Source: a virus (lineage: Duplodnaviria; Caudoviricetes). From it: a DNA stretch of 46,927 bases. The notes beneath the pieces are model-generated. The model was not told the DNA's origin and did not search any database. It worked only from the letters and a program-made list of their open reading frames with translations. The DNA is taken from the IMG/VR virus record IMGVR_UViG_3300012664_000274, positions 1-46,927 of that record; one strand, 5' to 3'. Both the position numbers and the translations under genes were made by a program. The first letter of the stretch is position 1. Each line of letters starts with the position of its first letter. Positions 1 to 10,040 of this stretch are shown piece by piece.

Positions 1-301
1 TACCAGCAATATATGCTGAAGTTCCATTAATCACCGAACTAACACCTAAATAACCGCCGTTTGTGCTCCACCATAACGCACCAACAAATAAGTTAACTTC
101 AACTAAAAATTTACTAGTCGCAGATGCTGGTGTAAGTGTTAGTGACATGCCATCAATAACTACATAATTTGTAGATGATGTACTCCATGTGTCTGTTTTT
201 CGAGCCTGTTGAACTTGTAAAACAGCACCAGCATATCCAACTTTTGGTCTAGTGATTGCACCGTCTTTAATGATGTTTGTTGTAACTTTAGTTAGTGCCA
301 T
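1..301 (-). CDS. Partial small tail-fibre/adhesin-like protein (runs off the left edge; not in ORF track)
   Basis: ATG at 301 overlaps the TAA of the upstream gene (TAATG). It reads MALTKVTTNIIKDGAITRPKVGYAGAVLQVQQARKTDTWSTSS...LTPASATSKFLV and shares the G.VLQV and TP....SK.L motifs with neighbouring paralogues. Confidence 0.8.
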   Translation of the reverse strand, partial: MALTKVTTNIIKDGAITRPKVGYAGAVLQVQQARKTDTWSTSSTNYVVIDGMSLTLTPASATSKFLVEVNLFVGALWWSTNGGYLGVSSVINGTSAYIAG

Positions 302-810
302 TATTGTGCAATCTCCCAAACTGTAAATGAACTTCTAACTGTAGGTGAATTACCAGGCGCATTGTTGTTAAGCCACACACCTTGACCATTAGGATAAACA
401 TCAATCGATGTAGTAATTTGTGATGTAGTGTTTGCTATAAAATTTGCAGTCAATGGAATTGGCACTGTTATAGAAGCACCAGAATTAATATACAGGTCAG
501 AATATACTAATGGCGTTAATGTGTTTCCACCACTATTTGTAAATCTCACTGAGACATATGATCCACCTGTAGATTGCCAATACGCACCAATGAATTGGAT
601 TAATATTCTACTAGTTGCAAGTTTAGGAGTATATGACACACTTAAGCCAGTGCTTACCCATGCTCCGGAAACACTTGAAGTAAACGTAGAAGTAGATGTT
701 GTTGTAACAACTTGAATAACATTACCAGGACTTACAATAGTGTTTGGTGATGTAATAACACCTATACCACTTGGTGTTTGCAGTGTGTCTAATTTAAGAA
801 TTGAAGCCAT
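301..810 (-). CDS. Small putative tail-fibre/receptor-binding protein (paralogous family)
   Basis: N-terminal SILKLDTLQ, GNVIQV, TPKLATSRILI, C-terminal WEIAQ; Ser/Thr-rich beta-type sequence; translationally coupled to neighbours. Confidence 0.65.
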   Translation of the reverse strand: MASILKLDTLQTPSGIGVITSPNTIVSPGNVIQVVTTTSTSTFTSSVSGAWVSTGLSVSYTPKLATSRILIQFIGAYWQSTGGSYVSVRFTNSGGNTLTPLVYSDLYINSGASITVPIPLTANFIANTTSQITTSIDVYPNGQGVWLNNNAPGNSPTVRSSFTVWEIAQ

Positions 811-1355
811 TATGGCATTACCTCGTATACATTAATAGATGAAGTCATCTGTTGGTTACGAGAGTCATCTGATGCATTTGGATTAAAAATACTAAATGGT
901 TTTTCTCCTGAACCACCATTTACAGGATTCCAGCCAAATCCCATTGTATGAGACCCAGCTGAAACACCAGTCCATTGACATTGCCCAGTAACCATTGTGA
1001 CTTGTAAAGTAGCTGACCACGCTCCATCATATTGATATGCAACGCCATAATCCCAGGTATTGTCTAATTTTAGACCAACGGCGCAATTGCCTGAGGCATA
1101 TTGCGCACCAAAAACTGTACACGTTGCAATAATTATTGTATCTGCGCGTTGTTTAGTGAATGTACCACTAAACAAAATATAACCTGCTGCAACCGAACCA
1201 ATTGAAGTTCTTGTACTATTTCGAATAGACTTCATGCCAATGACTGAACCGCTAGGCATAATTGAATAATCGACTTGAGTACCGACTAATCTATTTCCAA
1301 GAGTAATGTCAGTTCCTACACGAGATTGCAATTGATCTAATTTTAAAATACTCAT
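810..1355 (-). CDS. Small putative tail-fibre/receptor-binding protein (paralogous family)
   Basis: N-terminal SILKLDQLQ, GSVIG, C-terminal YEVMP; TAATG coupling. Confidence 0.65.
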   Translation of the reverse strand: MSILKLDQLQSRVGTDITLGNRLVGTQVDYSIMPSGSVIGMKSIRNSTRTSIGSVAAGYILFSGTFTKQRADTIIIATCTVFGAQYASGNCAVGLKLDNTWDYGVAYQYDGAWSATLQVTMVTGQCQWTGVSAGSHTMGFGWNPVNGGSGEKPFSIFNPNASDDSRNQQMTSSINVYEVMP

Positions 1356-1933
1356 CCGCCAATCTCCATCAAAATTAAAGTAGATGTACCAAGTTCATAT
1401 GAGCCAACTTGGTTGGCCCAACCTGCCACTCTATTTGTGTATAAAGTAGAAGCACCATAATACATTGCCCAAACATTATATGTTATTGTGCTTGTCGTTG
1501 AAGGTGAATCCATATAAAATAAATTCATAGTTTCAGGTGTACTATTAGCGTCAGCAGATTCATATGATCGTGCATTACCAGTAATACCAGTACACACCGT
1601 GGCACCAGGATCTGGTTGTTCACCAATTCTTATACCTGAACGTTTAATACCCCACACTGAATTATATACAGCATCAGCTGCACTCCATTCGCCAAACCAT
1701 CTAGCAAAAATTAAAATCTTACTAGATGTAGACTTAGGAGTAATTGTTGCTGAAAAATCTGTAATGTCATTTGTTACAGAAGAAGTTAATCCTTGGCTGT
1801 ATCTACCAGTTAAGTGTTTTTGTACAACTTGCAATGTATGACCAGGCGCAATAAGATCATGTCCTGAAGGAACTGTGATCTTATTACCAGTTGCTGCATT
1901 ACCTTGTAATCTATCTACGACTAATCGACTCAT
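1352..1933 (-). CDS. Small putative tail-fibre/receptor-binding protein (paralogous family)
   Basis: Start moved to ATG 1933 (MSRLVVDRLQ), which overlaps the upstream stop as ATGA. Contains GHTLQV, TPKSTSSKILI, DSPSTTSTITY and C-terminal MEIGG. Confidence 0.65.
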   Translation of the reverse strand: MSRLVVDRLQGNAATGNKITVPSGHDLIAPGHTLQVVQKHLTGRYSQGLTSSVTNDITDFSATITPKSTSSKILIFARWFGEWSAADAVYNSVWGIKRSGIRIGEQPDPGATVCTGITGNARSYESADANSTPETMNLFYMDSPSTTSTITYNVWAMYYGASTLYTNRVAGWANQVGSYELGTSTLILMEIGG

Positions 1934-2397
1934 ACGATACTCCATTCTGCGCCATCTTGAATTACAACAGTAACTCCATCAGCAATTGTAATTGGACCAG
2001 CAGAAACACCATTAACACCAGAAGGGATACTTTGATTTGAACTGATTGTGTTCGGATTTAAACGAATAAGATACTGAGAACCACCAATGTGGTTATTTGC
2101 ATCCATCTTAGCTGCAGTGATTGTACCATCTGCAACTGTTTGAACTGTGCCTTGTGTACCAAGGTGAACTACTTCAATCTGTGCGCCAAGATAAGGCGCT
2201 TCTGAGAATACAATTTGTGAACCTGATGCAGCGTATGTATTTGAATGTTGACGAACACCATCAATTGTCACAATAATCGCAGATGGAGAAACTACGTTTC
2301 GACCTAATGTGAATGTGGTTGTAGTTCCATCTCCGACAGTAATGTCAGATGGATATTGTGAAAATCGCGGTGTATTTGAACCTGAAAGTAAACCCAT
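1930..2397 (-). CDS. Tail-fibre-associated structural protein
   Basis: One copy of the GDG.TT.FTL...IV.IDGV.Q...Y......I.FSEAP module, the DGTITAAK linker, and a C-terminal N.vsAGPITI.DGVTV.I..G..W.IV segment typical of phage fibre adaptor proteins. Confidence 0.7.
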   Translation of the reverse strand: MGLLSGSNTPRFSQYPSDITVGDGTTTTFTLGRNVVSPSAIIVTIDGVRQHSNTYAASGSQIVFSEAPYLGAQIEVVHLGTQGTVQTVADGTITAAKMDANNHIGGSQYLIRLNPNTISSNQSIPSGVNGVSAGPITIADGVTVVIQDGAEWSIV

Positions 2398-2408
2398 ATT
2401 TTATCCTA

Positions 2409-3044
2409 TTAACCAACTAGATGACCGCTAAACCACGATTCTGCACCAGAATAAACACCAGTACCACCAGAGAATGCACCAGAAATTGTTAAATAATCTC
2501 CTGCATTTAAATTTAAAATACCGCTCCATTGCGGAGTAGAATATGTAGCTCCAGTTACGGTTGCATTAGCATACAAACCACTAGGTGCATTTACGCCATT
2601 AATGGCAAGAGTTGATTGAGTATATGCAGATCCATTTGCGTTAAATCGAATACCATGACTTATAAAATATTTCCCAGTCACTGGTGCAGTAAATCTACCA
2701 GTTGATGATGAATAATGATTGCCAGTATTATGACTAATCAAGTCCCATAATAATGTTGTACCATTAGTAGTAGTTGGACTACCATTCATACCAACTCTAA
2801 ATGATGGTTGATATTGATTAGTCATGCGACCATAACCATCAATTTCAAGTGTTTTAATTTCACTAGAACCGGCAGTTGATGTAGTATAAATGCGTAACGA
2901 TTGATTATAACCACCATTATTATACGTACGAATGCTGCCAAGCGAGTTTGAACCATCGCTCATTTGTAGAATTGTAGTTTCTACTGCAGTTGTAGAACTA
3001 ACAATTTTTATTTTATCGTTAGCTACGCTTCTTGCTCTTGACAT
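2409..3044 (-). CDS. Tail-fibre protein with C-terminal C1q-like domain
   Basis: QPSF...YSSSTGRFTAPVTGKYFIS...LNLNAGDYL...FSGHLVG matches the C1q/TNF-like head signature. Confidence 0.7.
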   Translation of the reverse strand: MSRARSVANDKIKIVSSTTAVETTILQMSDGSNSLGSIRTYNNGGYNQSLRIYTTSTAGSSEIKTLEIDGYGRMTNQYQPSFRVGMNGSPTTTNGTTLLWDLISHNTGNHYSSSTGRFTAPVTGKYFISHGIRFNANGSAYTQSTLAINGVNAPSGLYANATVTGATYSTPQWSGILNLNAGDYLTISGAFSGGTGVYSGAESWFSGHLVG

Positions 3045-3319
3045 TATTGACCTTGTTTTGCTGCTAATTCAGCTTCAAAGAGTGCTTGACGTTCTGCAGC
3101 TGTAAGAACTGGTGCAGCAAGAACGATATCATCTTTAGTGCCTGTGATTGCTTCACCTAATGCAAGTTTACGTTGCACTTCTGATGCAATAATTTCTTCC
3201 ATTGCAATACGGCATCGTTCATGTACTGCGTTGTCAATCCATTCTTGTTGTGAAAATGCTACTGCGCCAAGAGCTTTATCTTCGGCGTCTGAAAGTGTGA
3301 TTGTGTATGTTTTTGTCAT
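3044..3319 (-). CDS. Conserved phage protein between the C1q fibre genes (possible fibre chaperone/partner)
   Basis: 91 aa, MTKTYTITLSDAEDKAL...WIDNAVHERCRIA; AAGG element upstream; coupled to the downstream gene. Confidence 0.6.
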   Translation of the reverse strand: MTKTYTITLSDAEDKALGAVAFSQQEWIDNAVHERCRIAMEEIIASEVQRKLALGEAITGTKDDIVLAAPVLTAAERQALFEAELAAKQGQ

Positions 3320-3336
3320 TTTAAAATTTCCTTTGT

Positions 3337-4296
3337 TTAACCAATTAAGTGACCACTAACGTGACTATAATTGCCACCATAACACATTATACCAGAACTT
3401 GTTGTACTGCTATACGCAATAGGTTCAGCATAATCATTTGCAGCTAAGTACATCACACATGAAACTGTAGTTTGACGAGGTGTTCCACTAGTTGTGTTAT
3501 TTGATCCAACATATGTAGAACCATTTTTATTCCAACGCCATTGTGCATCACCGGTAGTACTATATGACATTGCGTTTAAATGAAGTGCGTAATATCCAGA
3601 TACAGGAGCAGTAAATCTACCAGTTGAAGCGTTAAAACAACCGCCTGGAGTGCCATTATCATGATACTCAGACCAACTTGTAATCACAGTTGCTCCAGAT
3701 GCTTCAGTAAAATTACCAGACTTTACTGCGCAAAATGAAGGTTGATACGGCATTAACACTGCGCCACCATAAGGATTCAAACGTAAATTATATGAACCTG
3801 TGCCAGGACCATTTGAACGTTGAATGTAACCATCACCACCAGAAATAACACCAAATGTTGTTAATGTACTATCTGTCGCGTGTGTGCGTAATTGTAATGC
3901 AGATGTAGTAACAGAATCTGCAAGATTTGTGCTATATGCTGATTGTGTTGAATTCCAAATCTGCATTGGACCAGTTAACGTATCACCAGCAGCATTCACA
4001 TATCGTGTATCTTGTTCAGACTTAGTGTAAAAGTCTGCAACTTGAAATGGTCTAAAACATACGACTACAACTGAATCGCCTACTGCTGCACCACTATTTA
4101 ATACGACTGTTGTACCATTATTAGCAATATAATCTTCAGTGTCAACTAAGCGTACACCATTCAAGAATACATCAATATCACCAGGTTGATAACCTTGAGA
4201 AATTGTGAATGTAGTCTGGCTTGCAGTAGCAGTAAAGATATTACGCTCTGCAGTTTTAATTGCTGCGGGATTATTGCCAGAAACTAGATAACTCAT
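3337..4296 (-). CDS. Tail-fibre protein with C-terminal C1q-like domain
   Basis: N-terminal FTATASQTTF...VFLNGVRL...DY module, a YVN..GDTLTG fibre motif, and a C-terminal FNASTGRFTAPVSGYY...YLAANDY...SGHLIG head. Confidence 0.72.
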   Translation of the reverse strand: MSYLVSGNNPAAIKTAERNIFTATASQTTFTISQGYQPGDIDVFLNGVRLVDTEDYIANNGTTVVLNSGAAVGDSVVVVCFRPFQVADFYTKSEQDTRYVNAAGDTLTGPMQIWNSTQSAYSTNLADSVTTSALQLRTHATDSTLTTFGVISGGDGYIQRSNGPGTGSYNLRLNPYGGAVLMPYQPSFCAVKSGNFTEASGATVITSWSEYHDNGTPGGCFNASTGRFTAPVSGYYALHLNAMSYSTTGDAQWRWNKNGSTYVGSNNTTSGTPRQTTVSCVMYLAANDYAEPIAYSSTTSSGIMCYGGNYSHVSGHLIG

Positions 4297-4613
4297 TATG
4301 CAATCTCTAGTAATGAAGCGATTACGTCAACGTTCTGATCGCTCTGAACTTTAAGCTGATCACCAACTTGAAGAACTAACTTCTGATCACCACCGAATAA
4401 AATCAATGAGTCGCCTAATGGAACTTGCGCATTCTTAACAACATAAACAGTTGTGCTAGAACGAAGAATAACAACACTAACGGTTGCTAGTGAAGTTCCT
4501 GTATTTGCAAGTGATAAACCGATAACTGTTGTTTGTGTTGCAGACGGCGTTGTATAAATTGTTGTCTGCGCAGTTACGTTTGCATTGATGTATGATTTAA
4601 ATGTATTAGCCAT
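4296..4613 (-). CDS. Small virion structural protein
   Basis: MANTFK...TVIGLSLAN...QKLVLQ.GD.LKVQS...LEIA, a phage family that commonly follows fibres ending in AMAIALG. Confidence 0.65.
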   Translation of the reverse strand: MANTFKSYINANVTAQTTIYTTPSATQTTVIGLSLANTGTSLATVSVVILRSSTTVYVVKNAQVPLGDSLILFGGDQKLVLQVGDQLKVQSDQNVDVIASLLEIA

Positions 4614-4620
4614 GTTCTAT

Positions 4621-7113
4621 TTATCCTAGTGCAATAGCCATTGCGACGGCTGCCGCTTCAGCTTCGATAATTCTGTTTGTGATAGTTACACCAAAGCTTG
4701 CGTCATTATTGACAGCTGTTGCTAATTCGCTCAATGTATCTAATACTAATGGTGCGCTGTTTACTAAACCAGCGATCGCTGTGCTTACGTCAGTTGTTGT
4801 AGCATATGTTCTATCTAGTTTTGCAGGTGTTACTGAGCCATCAACTAATTTTGCAGTTGATACTGTATTGTCTGATGGTGTACCAATTGATGATGGAGTA
4901 CCATAGAAACGTACAACGATCTTTGCACCATTTGCAGGAGCTTCAGAGAATGTAAGCGTTGTATTGCTTACTGTGTATGTAGTTCCATCTGGTGATTGAG
5001 GAACACCAGCAACTGTAACAATTAAATGCTGTGGAAGAACTGCATTTTGTGTTAGCGTGAAACTTGTTTGTGCACCATTGCCAGTGAATGTATTATATAA
5101 GAAGTTGCTTGGAGCAAGTTTCGCAAATGTAATCGATTGATCTGATGGAATACCTGTTACACTAACTGGTCCATAGACAACGGTAATTTCAACACCACTT
5201 GCAATATTCTCAGTGAATGTAATTGTCTGTGGGTTTGTTAGAACGTTGATGTTGTAATGTGTTACTGGATCTTGTAAGATACCACCAACGAATACAAATG
5301 CTGCTAATGGAGAACCAACATCACCGCTCAAATTGTATGTTGCATTAGAACCATTGCCTGTGAAAATATCACGTGTATATGCACTAGCTGCAAGTTTCTT
5401 AGCAGTAACTGTACCATCACCTGGTGTAATTTCATTAGTGATCGGTGTTAAACCATAAACAAGTACTTGTGAACCTGTGTCAGGTGCAGATGTGAATGTT
5501 AGTGTTGTTCCGCTTAATGTGAAGTTATCACCAGGGAATTGAGGTACACCGTTGACAAACACAAGAATAGAGTTTTGTGAACCATATGTATTTGCAAGTG
5601 TGAAGACTGTTTGACCAGATGTAGATGTGAATAGTTCACGCGCTTGTGAACCAATACCTAAGTCACCAAACTCAAGACCAGATTCATCTGATTTTACAAC
5701 AACTGTTTTACCTTGATGTCCAGTGTATGAACTAGGTGTATCTGTTAAACCAAGGAAGTTTGCAGTTACATCACCAGGTACAAAGTTTGTACCGTTCCAA
5801 ATCAATGCTTGACCATTAGATGGTGCAAGTGTAGCAATATCAACATCCTTCAGTTTGTTGATTGATGTACCTGAAAGATTTAGATCACCAGTGAAGTTAT
5901 GATCTGCTGTGATCGTGCGCGGTTGATTAATGTGAACATATTGTACGTGATCATCATCACCTAGACCTGACAATGCTCCATGATCAGATGCAATATATGC
6001 AGAAGTTGTAACTGATGAAATTGAACGCAAGTCCCAGATAGAAACTAACGTTGCAGATGGAGTATTAGTTAATGCGCCTGTGCACTTATAAACTAATTTG
6101 TAAAGCGGACGGAATTCTACAACTGGGAATCCGGTTAGAATCAAGTCTGCAAATGAAAGTGATTCAGCATCACCTTGAGTATCTCTAGCATTTTGACCAA
6201 TGATACCAATAATTGGATAATTGACATTATTAGTTGCAAGTATGAATGTTACACCATACTTGTTATTACCAACATCCTCAGTTGACCATGTACCTGAAGT
6301 GTTTAAATTATATTGTGGGCAGTTTGTGCCTTGTTTAACTGGGAAGTTTGTTGGAGGATCGATCTTCCATTCTGCATTACCATTAAGATAAAACATTGGA
6401 ATCTTAGCAGGGCCTTGAAGATCTTGTTCCCAAATATTTGAAGGTGTATTACTATGAGTAATTTGAACTTTCAAATCTTCATCATAAAATATACCACCAT
6501 CCAAATCAAGTTGCATGTGTGAATCTAATGATCCATTACCACCTGTGATATAATTGGACGCAGTAAATCCTGATGCAATAACAGCACCACGAGTTCTATG
6601 CAAGTATTCGTGTGTTTGCCAATCTAATACAACGCCATGACGTTCATCAGCAAATAAAGGTGCATAACCTTCAGTTTGATTCCAATAGACATATGCTACT
6701 GGTGTCTGAGTTTGAAGATTGAAGAATGAAGTTTGATATGCAAGAGTGCCATCTTCTTGATATGAAATATAGTACAATCCAGTTCCTGGAGGAATTTGTA
6801 CTTCATTAGTTGCAGTGATTGTACGCTTTACACCTTTAGTCCATACTTCATATGAAGTTGAAACTGGTGCAATACTAAACGTTCTATTTACATCATTAAA
6901 AGAAATAGACGAGTCGGTGCGATTGACGAAACCCATTGGTTCGCCAGTTGCTGCACTGATTGGGTTTAATTGGAATGTTAGGTTACCTGCGCCATCCGTT
7001 GTTAGGATGTGACCCGCTGATCCATCTGTTGTTGGATATGATAACCCTGCAATAACGGCGCCTTCTTCAACGACAAGGCCGTTCTTGACTCTAAAGTCTT
7101 TATTGATTGCCAC
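4621..7113 (-). CDS. Long mosaic tail-fibre protein
   Basis: N-terminal MAINKDFRVKNGL, a YPT.DGS.G..L.TDG.GNL fibre motif, three copies of the FT..G..T.F.L...V.GV.Q module, APxxLDTLxELAxAxxND, and C-terminal AMAIALG; late promoter upstream. Confidence 0.78.
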   Translation of the reverse strand: MAINKDFRVKNGLVVEEGAVIAGLSYPTTDGSAGHILTTDGAGNLTFQLNPISAATGEPMGFVNRTDSSISFNDVNRTFSIAPVSTSYEVWTKGVKRTITATNEVQIPPGTGLYYISYQEDGTLAYQTSFFNLQTQTPVAYVYWNQTEGYAPLFADERHGVVLDWQTHEYLHRTRGAVIASGFTASNYITGGNGSLDSHMQLDLDGGIFYDEDLKVQITHSNTPSNIWEQDLQGPAKIPMFYLNGNAEWKIDPPTNFPVKQGTNCPQYNLNTSGTWSTEDVGNNKYGVTFILATNNVNYPIIGIIGQNARDTQGDAESLSFADLILTGFPVVEFRPLYKLVYKCTGALTNTPSATLVSIWDLRSISSVTTSAYIASDHGALSGLGDDDHVQYVHINQPRTITADHNFTGDLNLSGTSINKLKDVDIATLAPSNGQALIWNGTNFVPGDVTANFLGLTDTPSSYTGHQGKTVVVKSDESGLEFGDLGIGSQARELFTSTSGQTVFTLANTYGSQNSILVFVNGVPQFPGDNFTLSGTTLTFTSAPDTGSQVLVYGLTPITNEITPGDGTVTAKKLAASAYTRDIFTGNGSNATYNLSGDVGSPLAAFVFVGGILQDPVTHYNINVLTNPQTITFTENIASGVEITVVYGPVSVTGIPSDQSITFAKLAPSNFLYNTFTGNGAQTSFTLTQNAVLPQHLIVTVAGVPQSPDGTTYTVSNTTLTFSEAPANGAKIVVRFYGTPSSIGTPSDNTVSTAKLVDGSVTPAKLDRTYATTTDVSTAIAGLVNSAPLVLDTLSELATAVNNDASFGVTITNRIIEAEAAAVAMAIALG

Positions 7114-7156
7114 TCTGTTTCACTTTCCACTAAAGGGCTGATTGAATTGTTTTATT

Positions 7157-7164
7157 TATTTATA
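7157..7164 (-). promoter_or_regulatory. T4-type late promoter TATAAATA
   Basis: Exact TATAAATA on the minus strand in the gap upstream of the 830-aa fibre gene. Confidence 0.75.
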
Positions 7165-8526
7165 TTAAATTGGGAATGTGTTTTCTGGAGTAAACGTTGT
7201 ACCACCAGTATAACGGCATGCATTGCTAACCCTAAATTTTCTATAAGTTGCATTAATATATTGTCCACTCGTATGATTTGATCTACCAATGCTTAATACA
7301 TCAGGTACTGCGCTAAAAGATGACGATGTTGTCCAAGCATTTCGTTGTACACCATTTTCATAATGGCGCAATACACCATTATCACCTACCCATGCAACAT
7401 GAACCCATTGATTTAATGTTCTCGCAGCAAACGGACTAGGAGTTGAATTAGCTTTAAAATAAAAGTTAGTTAAACGAGCTAATAAACCAGATGTATATGC
7501 ATTAGTGCCTGCACCAAGTTCAACCTCAGTTTGCAAGGTTGCATCACCATTACCGCCAGTCTTATACAACCAATATTCTACAGTCCAATTCGAATTACCA
7601 TTCAATGATGATAAACCTGTACCGTTATATAATAATCTACTATCAGCAGAAACATAATATCCAGCGTATCCACCAACTGTTTGCAAAGTACCTGCTCCAG
7701 AAGTTTCTGTTGAACCAGCAACTATATCTGTTTTATTAGTAGTTAATGGTGCATACCAAATAGCACCAGAATCAGCGTAAACGTTCACTGTAATACTAAA
7801 TGCTCTTGAGCTAGTGTTGCCAGCATTATCAGTTGCTGTTATTGTGAATGAGTATGTAGTTGTTCCAGATGGAGCAGGTGCAGTACCAGTGATAGCTCCA
7901 GTGCTACTATTCAAAGAACAACCACTAGGTAAACTACCAGATGTTACCGCATATGATATAGTAGCGCTTGAATCTGGATCTGACGCTGACACTGAATATG
8001 AAATAGTTTTATCTTGAAAAACAGTTCCAAGAGAACCTGCAGTTGTGTTCCATACAGGAGTACCACCACAATCAATTACACTCGATAATGTCGCATTTAA
8101 TCCAGATCCATTAATAACCTTGATACTAAGCGGTTCATTAGCAATTGTAAAATCTTGAGGTGTTGTAGCGCTTAATTGACCGGCATTAATATATGTAACA
8201 GCACCTGCATTATATTCTGTGCCTTGGCTTGTGACAAATTTTACAACAGCTAAACTATCAAAGAATGAACCATTGATAGTAAATGATGTACCTTGTTCAC
8301 CATTATATGTTGTAGGTGATACAGTTGTAATCGATGGAGGAGTAGCAATTGAACCCCAACCTGATGCGCTATAGGTTTCAAAGTATCCTGTATCAGTATT
8401 ATAGCGCATCATACCTAGTGCTGGTGATGATGGTCTTTGCGCTGTTGAACCAGATGGAACCTTAATACTATCACCTGGAAATACTTGATTAGGTTGTAAA
8501 GCTGTTGATTTTAATTTACGTGGCAT
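7165..8526 (-). CDS. Virion adhesin: IPT/Ig-like domain, putative Ig (He_PIG-like) domain and LamG/concanavalin-like domain
   Basis: VPSGSTAQRP..GMMRYNT anchor motif; PSITTVSP...TINGS.F (IPT-like); GSLPSGCSLNSSTGAITGT (He_PIG-like); WTVEYW...NQWVHVAWV...YENGV...IGR (LamG-like). Confidence 0.75.
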   Translation of the reverse strand: MPRKLKSTALQPNQVFPGDSIKVPSGSTAQRPSSPALGMMRYNTDTGYFETYSASGWGSIATPPSITTVSPTTYNGEQGTSFTINGSFFDSLAVVKFVTSQGTEYNAGAVTYINAGQLSATTPQDFTIANEPLSIKVINGSGLNATLSSVIDCGGTPVWNTTAGSLGTVFQDKTISYSVSASDPDSSATISYAVTSGSLPSGCSLNSSTGAITGTAPAPSGTTTYSFTITATDNAGNTSSRAFSITVNVYADSGAIWYAPLTTNKTDIVAGSTETSGAGTLQTVGGYAGYYVSADSRLLYNGTGLSSLNGNSNWTVEYWLYKTGGNGDATLQTEVELGAGTNAYTSGLLARLTNFYFKANSTPSPFAARTLNQWVHVAWVGDNGVLRHYENGVQRNAWTTSSSFSAVPDVLSIGRSNHTSGQYINATYRKFRVSNACRYTGGTTFTPENTFPI

Positions 8527-8531
8527 AACTG

Positions 8532-8539
8532 TATTTATA
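8532..8539 (-). promoter_or_regulatory. T4-type late promoter TATAAATA
   Basis: Exact motif 5 nt upstream of the ATG at 8526. Confidence 0.75.
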
Positions 8540-8545
8540 TTGCTA

Positions 8546-9217
8546 TTACATTAGATAAATGGATTTTTCAAATGACTTATTATCATTAATGACATCAACA
8601 ACCGATTGTATTTCTTCTTCTGAAAAATTATATCCGCCATCATATTTTAATGTTATAGTTTGCAATGAAAAATATAATTCTGGGTTATTGTTATAAAGTT
8701 GTTCTAAACCGTCTACTGTTATTTTTTGCCCGACATACGTTAAAACTTCATTTTGTAAGTTTAAATTGTTTTTATTGACAAAAGATGATAAGATCGCAAA
8801 ACTAGCGTTATAACGTTTTAATGTACAAAATAATTCATGCTTTGGTTTACCAATAAATGGATTATACAAACCTTTTAACTTATACTTATTAATGATCTCA
8901 TAGTATAATGCAATTTCACCATAGTGATCTATTTCCCCAGTACATAAGTAGTATTCTGTTGCATTTACTTCTTGAAATAGACTATCTAAGATGTCACTAA
9001 AATCTTTATCATTACCATAGATCACTTTAGTACCAATAGATTGCGTAAGTTTTTTTAAGTGATTACTTACAGAAGTATCTCTATCTTTATTACCTTTATA
9101 AAAATAACTTAGCGAAATTGGTATTACATTAGATCTTCCGTGGTCTTCAACTAATTTAAAATAACACGCAAGACTATCTTTACCTCCAGATAGCATGACA
9201 ATAAATTTATTGCTCAT
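8546..9217 (-). CDS. PP-loop (adenine nucleotide alpha-hydrolase) ATPase, diphthine-ammonia ligase-like
   Basis: N-terminal IVMLSGGKDS PP-loop; later TGEI, NPF and LQTI segments resemble the Dph6/ATP_bind_4 family; no QueC Cys cluster. Confidence 0.6.
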   Translation of the reverse strand: MSNKFIVMLSGGKDSLACYFKLVEDHGRSNVIPISLSYFYKGNKDRDTSVSNHLKKLTQSIGTKVIYGNDKDFSDILDSLFQEVNATEYYLCTGEIDHYGEIALYYEIINKYKLKGLYNPFIGKPKHELFCTLKRYNASFAILSSFVNKNNLNLQNEVLTYVGQKITVDGLEQLYNNNPELYFSLQTITLKYDGGYNFSEEEIQSVVDVINDNKSFEKSIYLM

Positions 9218-10040
9218 TTACATTTCTCACAAAGTTGTATCTTGTTGACATTCTTTTAAATGTATTTTGCACAGTGTCAATTTTTAGAATAGATTCAGTA
9301 ATATGATTTTTTGTTAAACCAGTTTTAAATGAATAGACTTGTATTTTATTAACGCTTTCATAATATTCTATTGTAAATGCACCTACAAATCTTGTAAAAA
9401 TCAAATATAATAACGGTTTTACTCTATCATCAAGTTCTATGTCACATGCAATTTCAATTTTACCACGATCATCAGTACATAAAAACCCGTGAACCTTTTT
9501 ATAACCAAACAACAAAGCTGGATTATGCAATCTAACAAAATACTTTTTATCTTTTGAAAATATTACATTTGAAATAGTTTTTAAAAAATATTCATTATGA
9601 CTATCAATCAATTCATCTAATGTACCAACTGAAAGTACTGTTTCATACGGGCCATCTAATTCCAATAGTTCGAATTGCTGATTAAAGTTTATTTGCTTAA
9701 ACATTTCAAATTCATTATTATTAACGAATTGATGACAAGGAGAAACAGTAGCATTATCGTAACGCACCATTCTTCCCTTAATAAATGTCATAATAGTTTC
9801 TTGGTCAAACCTAGAACATTTATTTGGTATAGCCCAAAAAATATGACCATCATTCCAAAAATCTTTTAAAGAAACTGAATTATAATCTAGTTCATATTTG
9901 TTGTCTGAAATAATAACATCTGCTAATTCTGGTGTATATACAAACTCAGTATTGGGTACATTCTTAAGAATTGTTCTAGTTAAATTCAAATTATCAGTAA
10001 AAACTTTTAATCTTTGATCAATAAGCATGACATCAGACAT
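9207..10040 (-). CDS. Hypothetical protein, possibly a degenerate ATP-grasp fold
   Basis: Probable start MSDVML at 10040. C-terminal FVGAFTIEYYE...IQVYSFKTG resembles the ATP-grasp G.f.iE....i.v.E.N.R strand pair but lacks the ExN catalytic residues. Confidence 0.35.
   Translation of the reverse strand: MSDVMLIDQRLKVFTDNLNLTRTILKNVPNTEFVYTPELADVIISDNKYELDYNSVSLKDFWNDGHIFWAIPNKCSRFDQETIMTFIKGRMVRYDNATVSPCHQFVNNNEFEMFKQINFNQQFELLELDGPYETVLSVGTLDELIDSHNEYFLKTISNVIFSKDKKYFVRLHNPALLFGYKKVHGFLCTDDRGKIEIACDIELDDRVKPLLYLIFTRFVGAFTIEYYESVNKIQVYSFKTGLTKNHITESILKIDTVQNTFKRMSTRYNFVRNVNEQ

Noticed and set aside
1-8526. Diversity-generating retroelement or invertible fibre cassette acting on the adhesin genes
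   Set aside because: No reverse transcriptase, recombinase, near-identical template/variable repeat pair or flanking inverted repeats were seen in this window.
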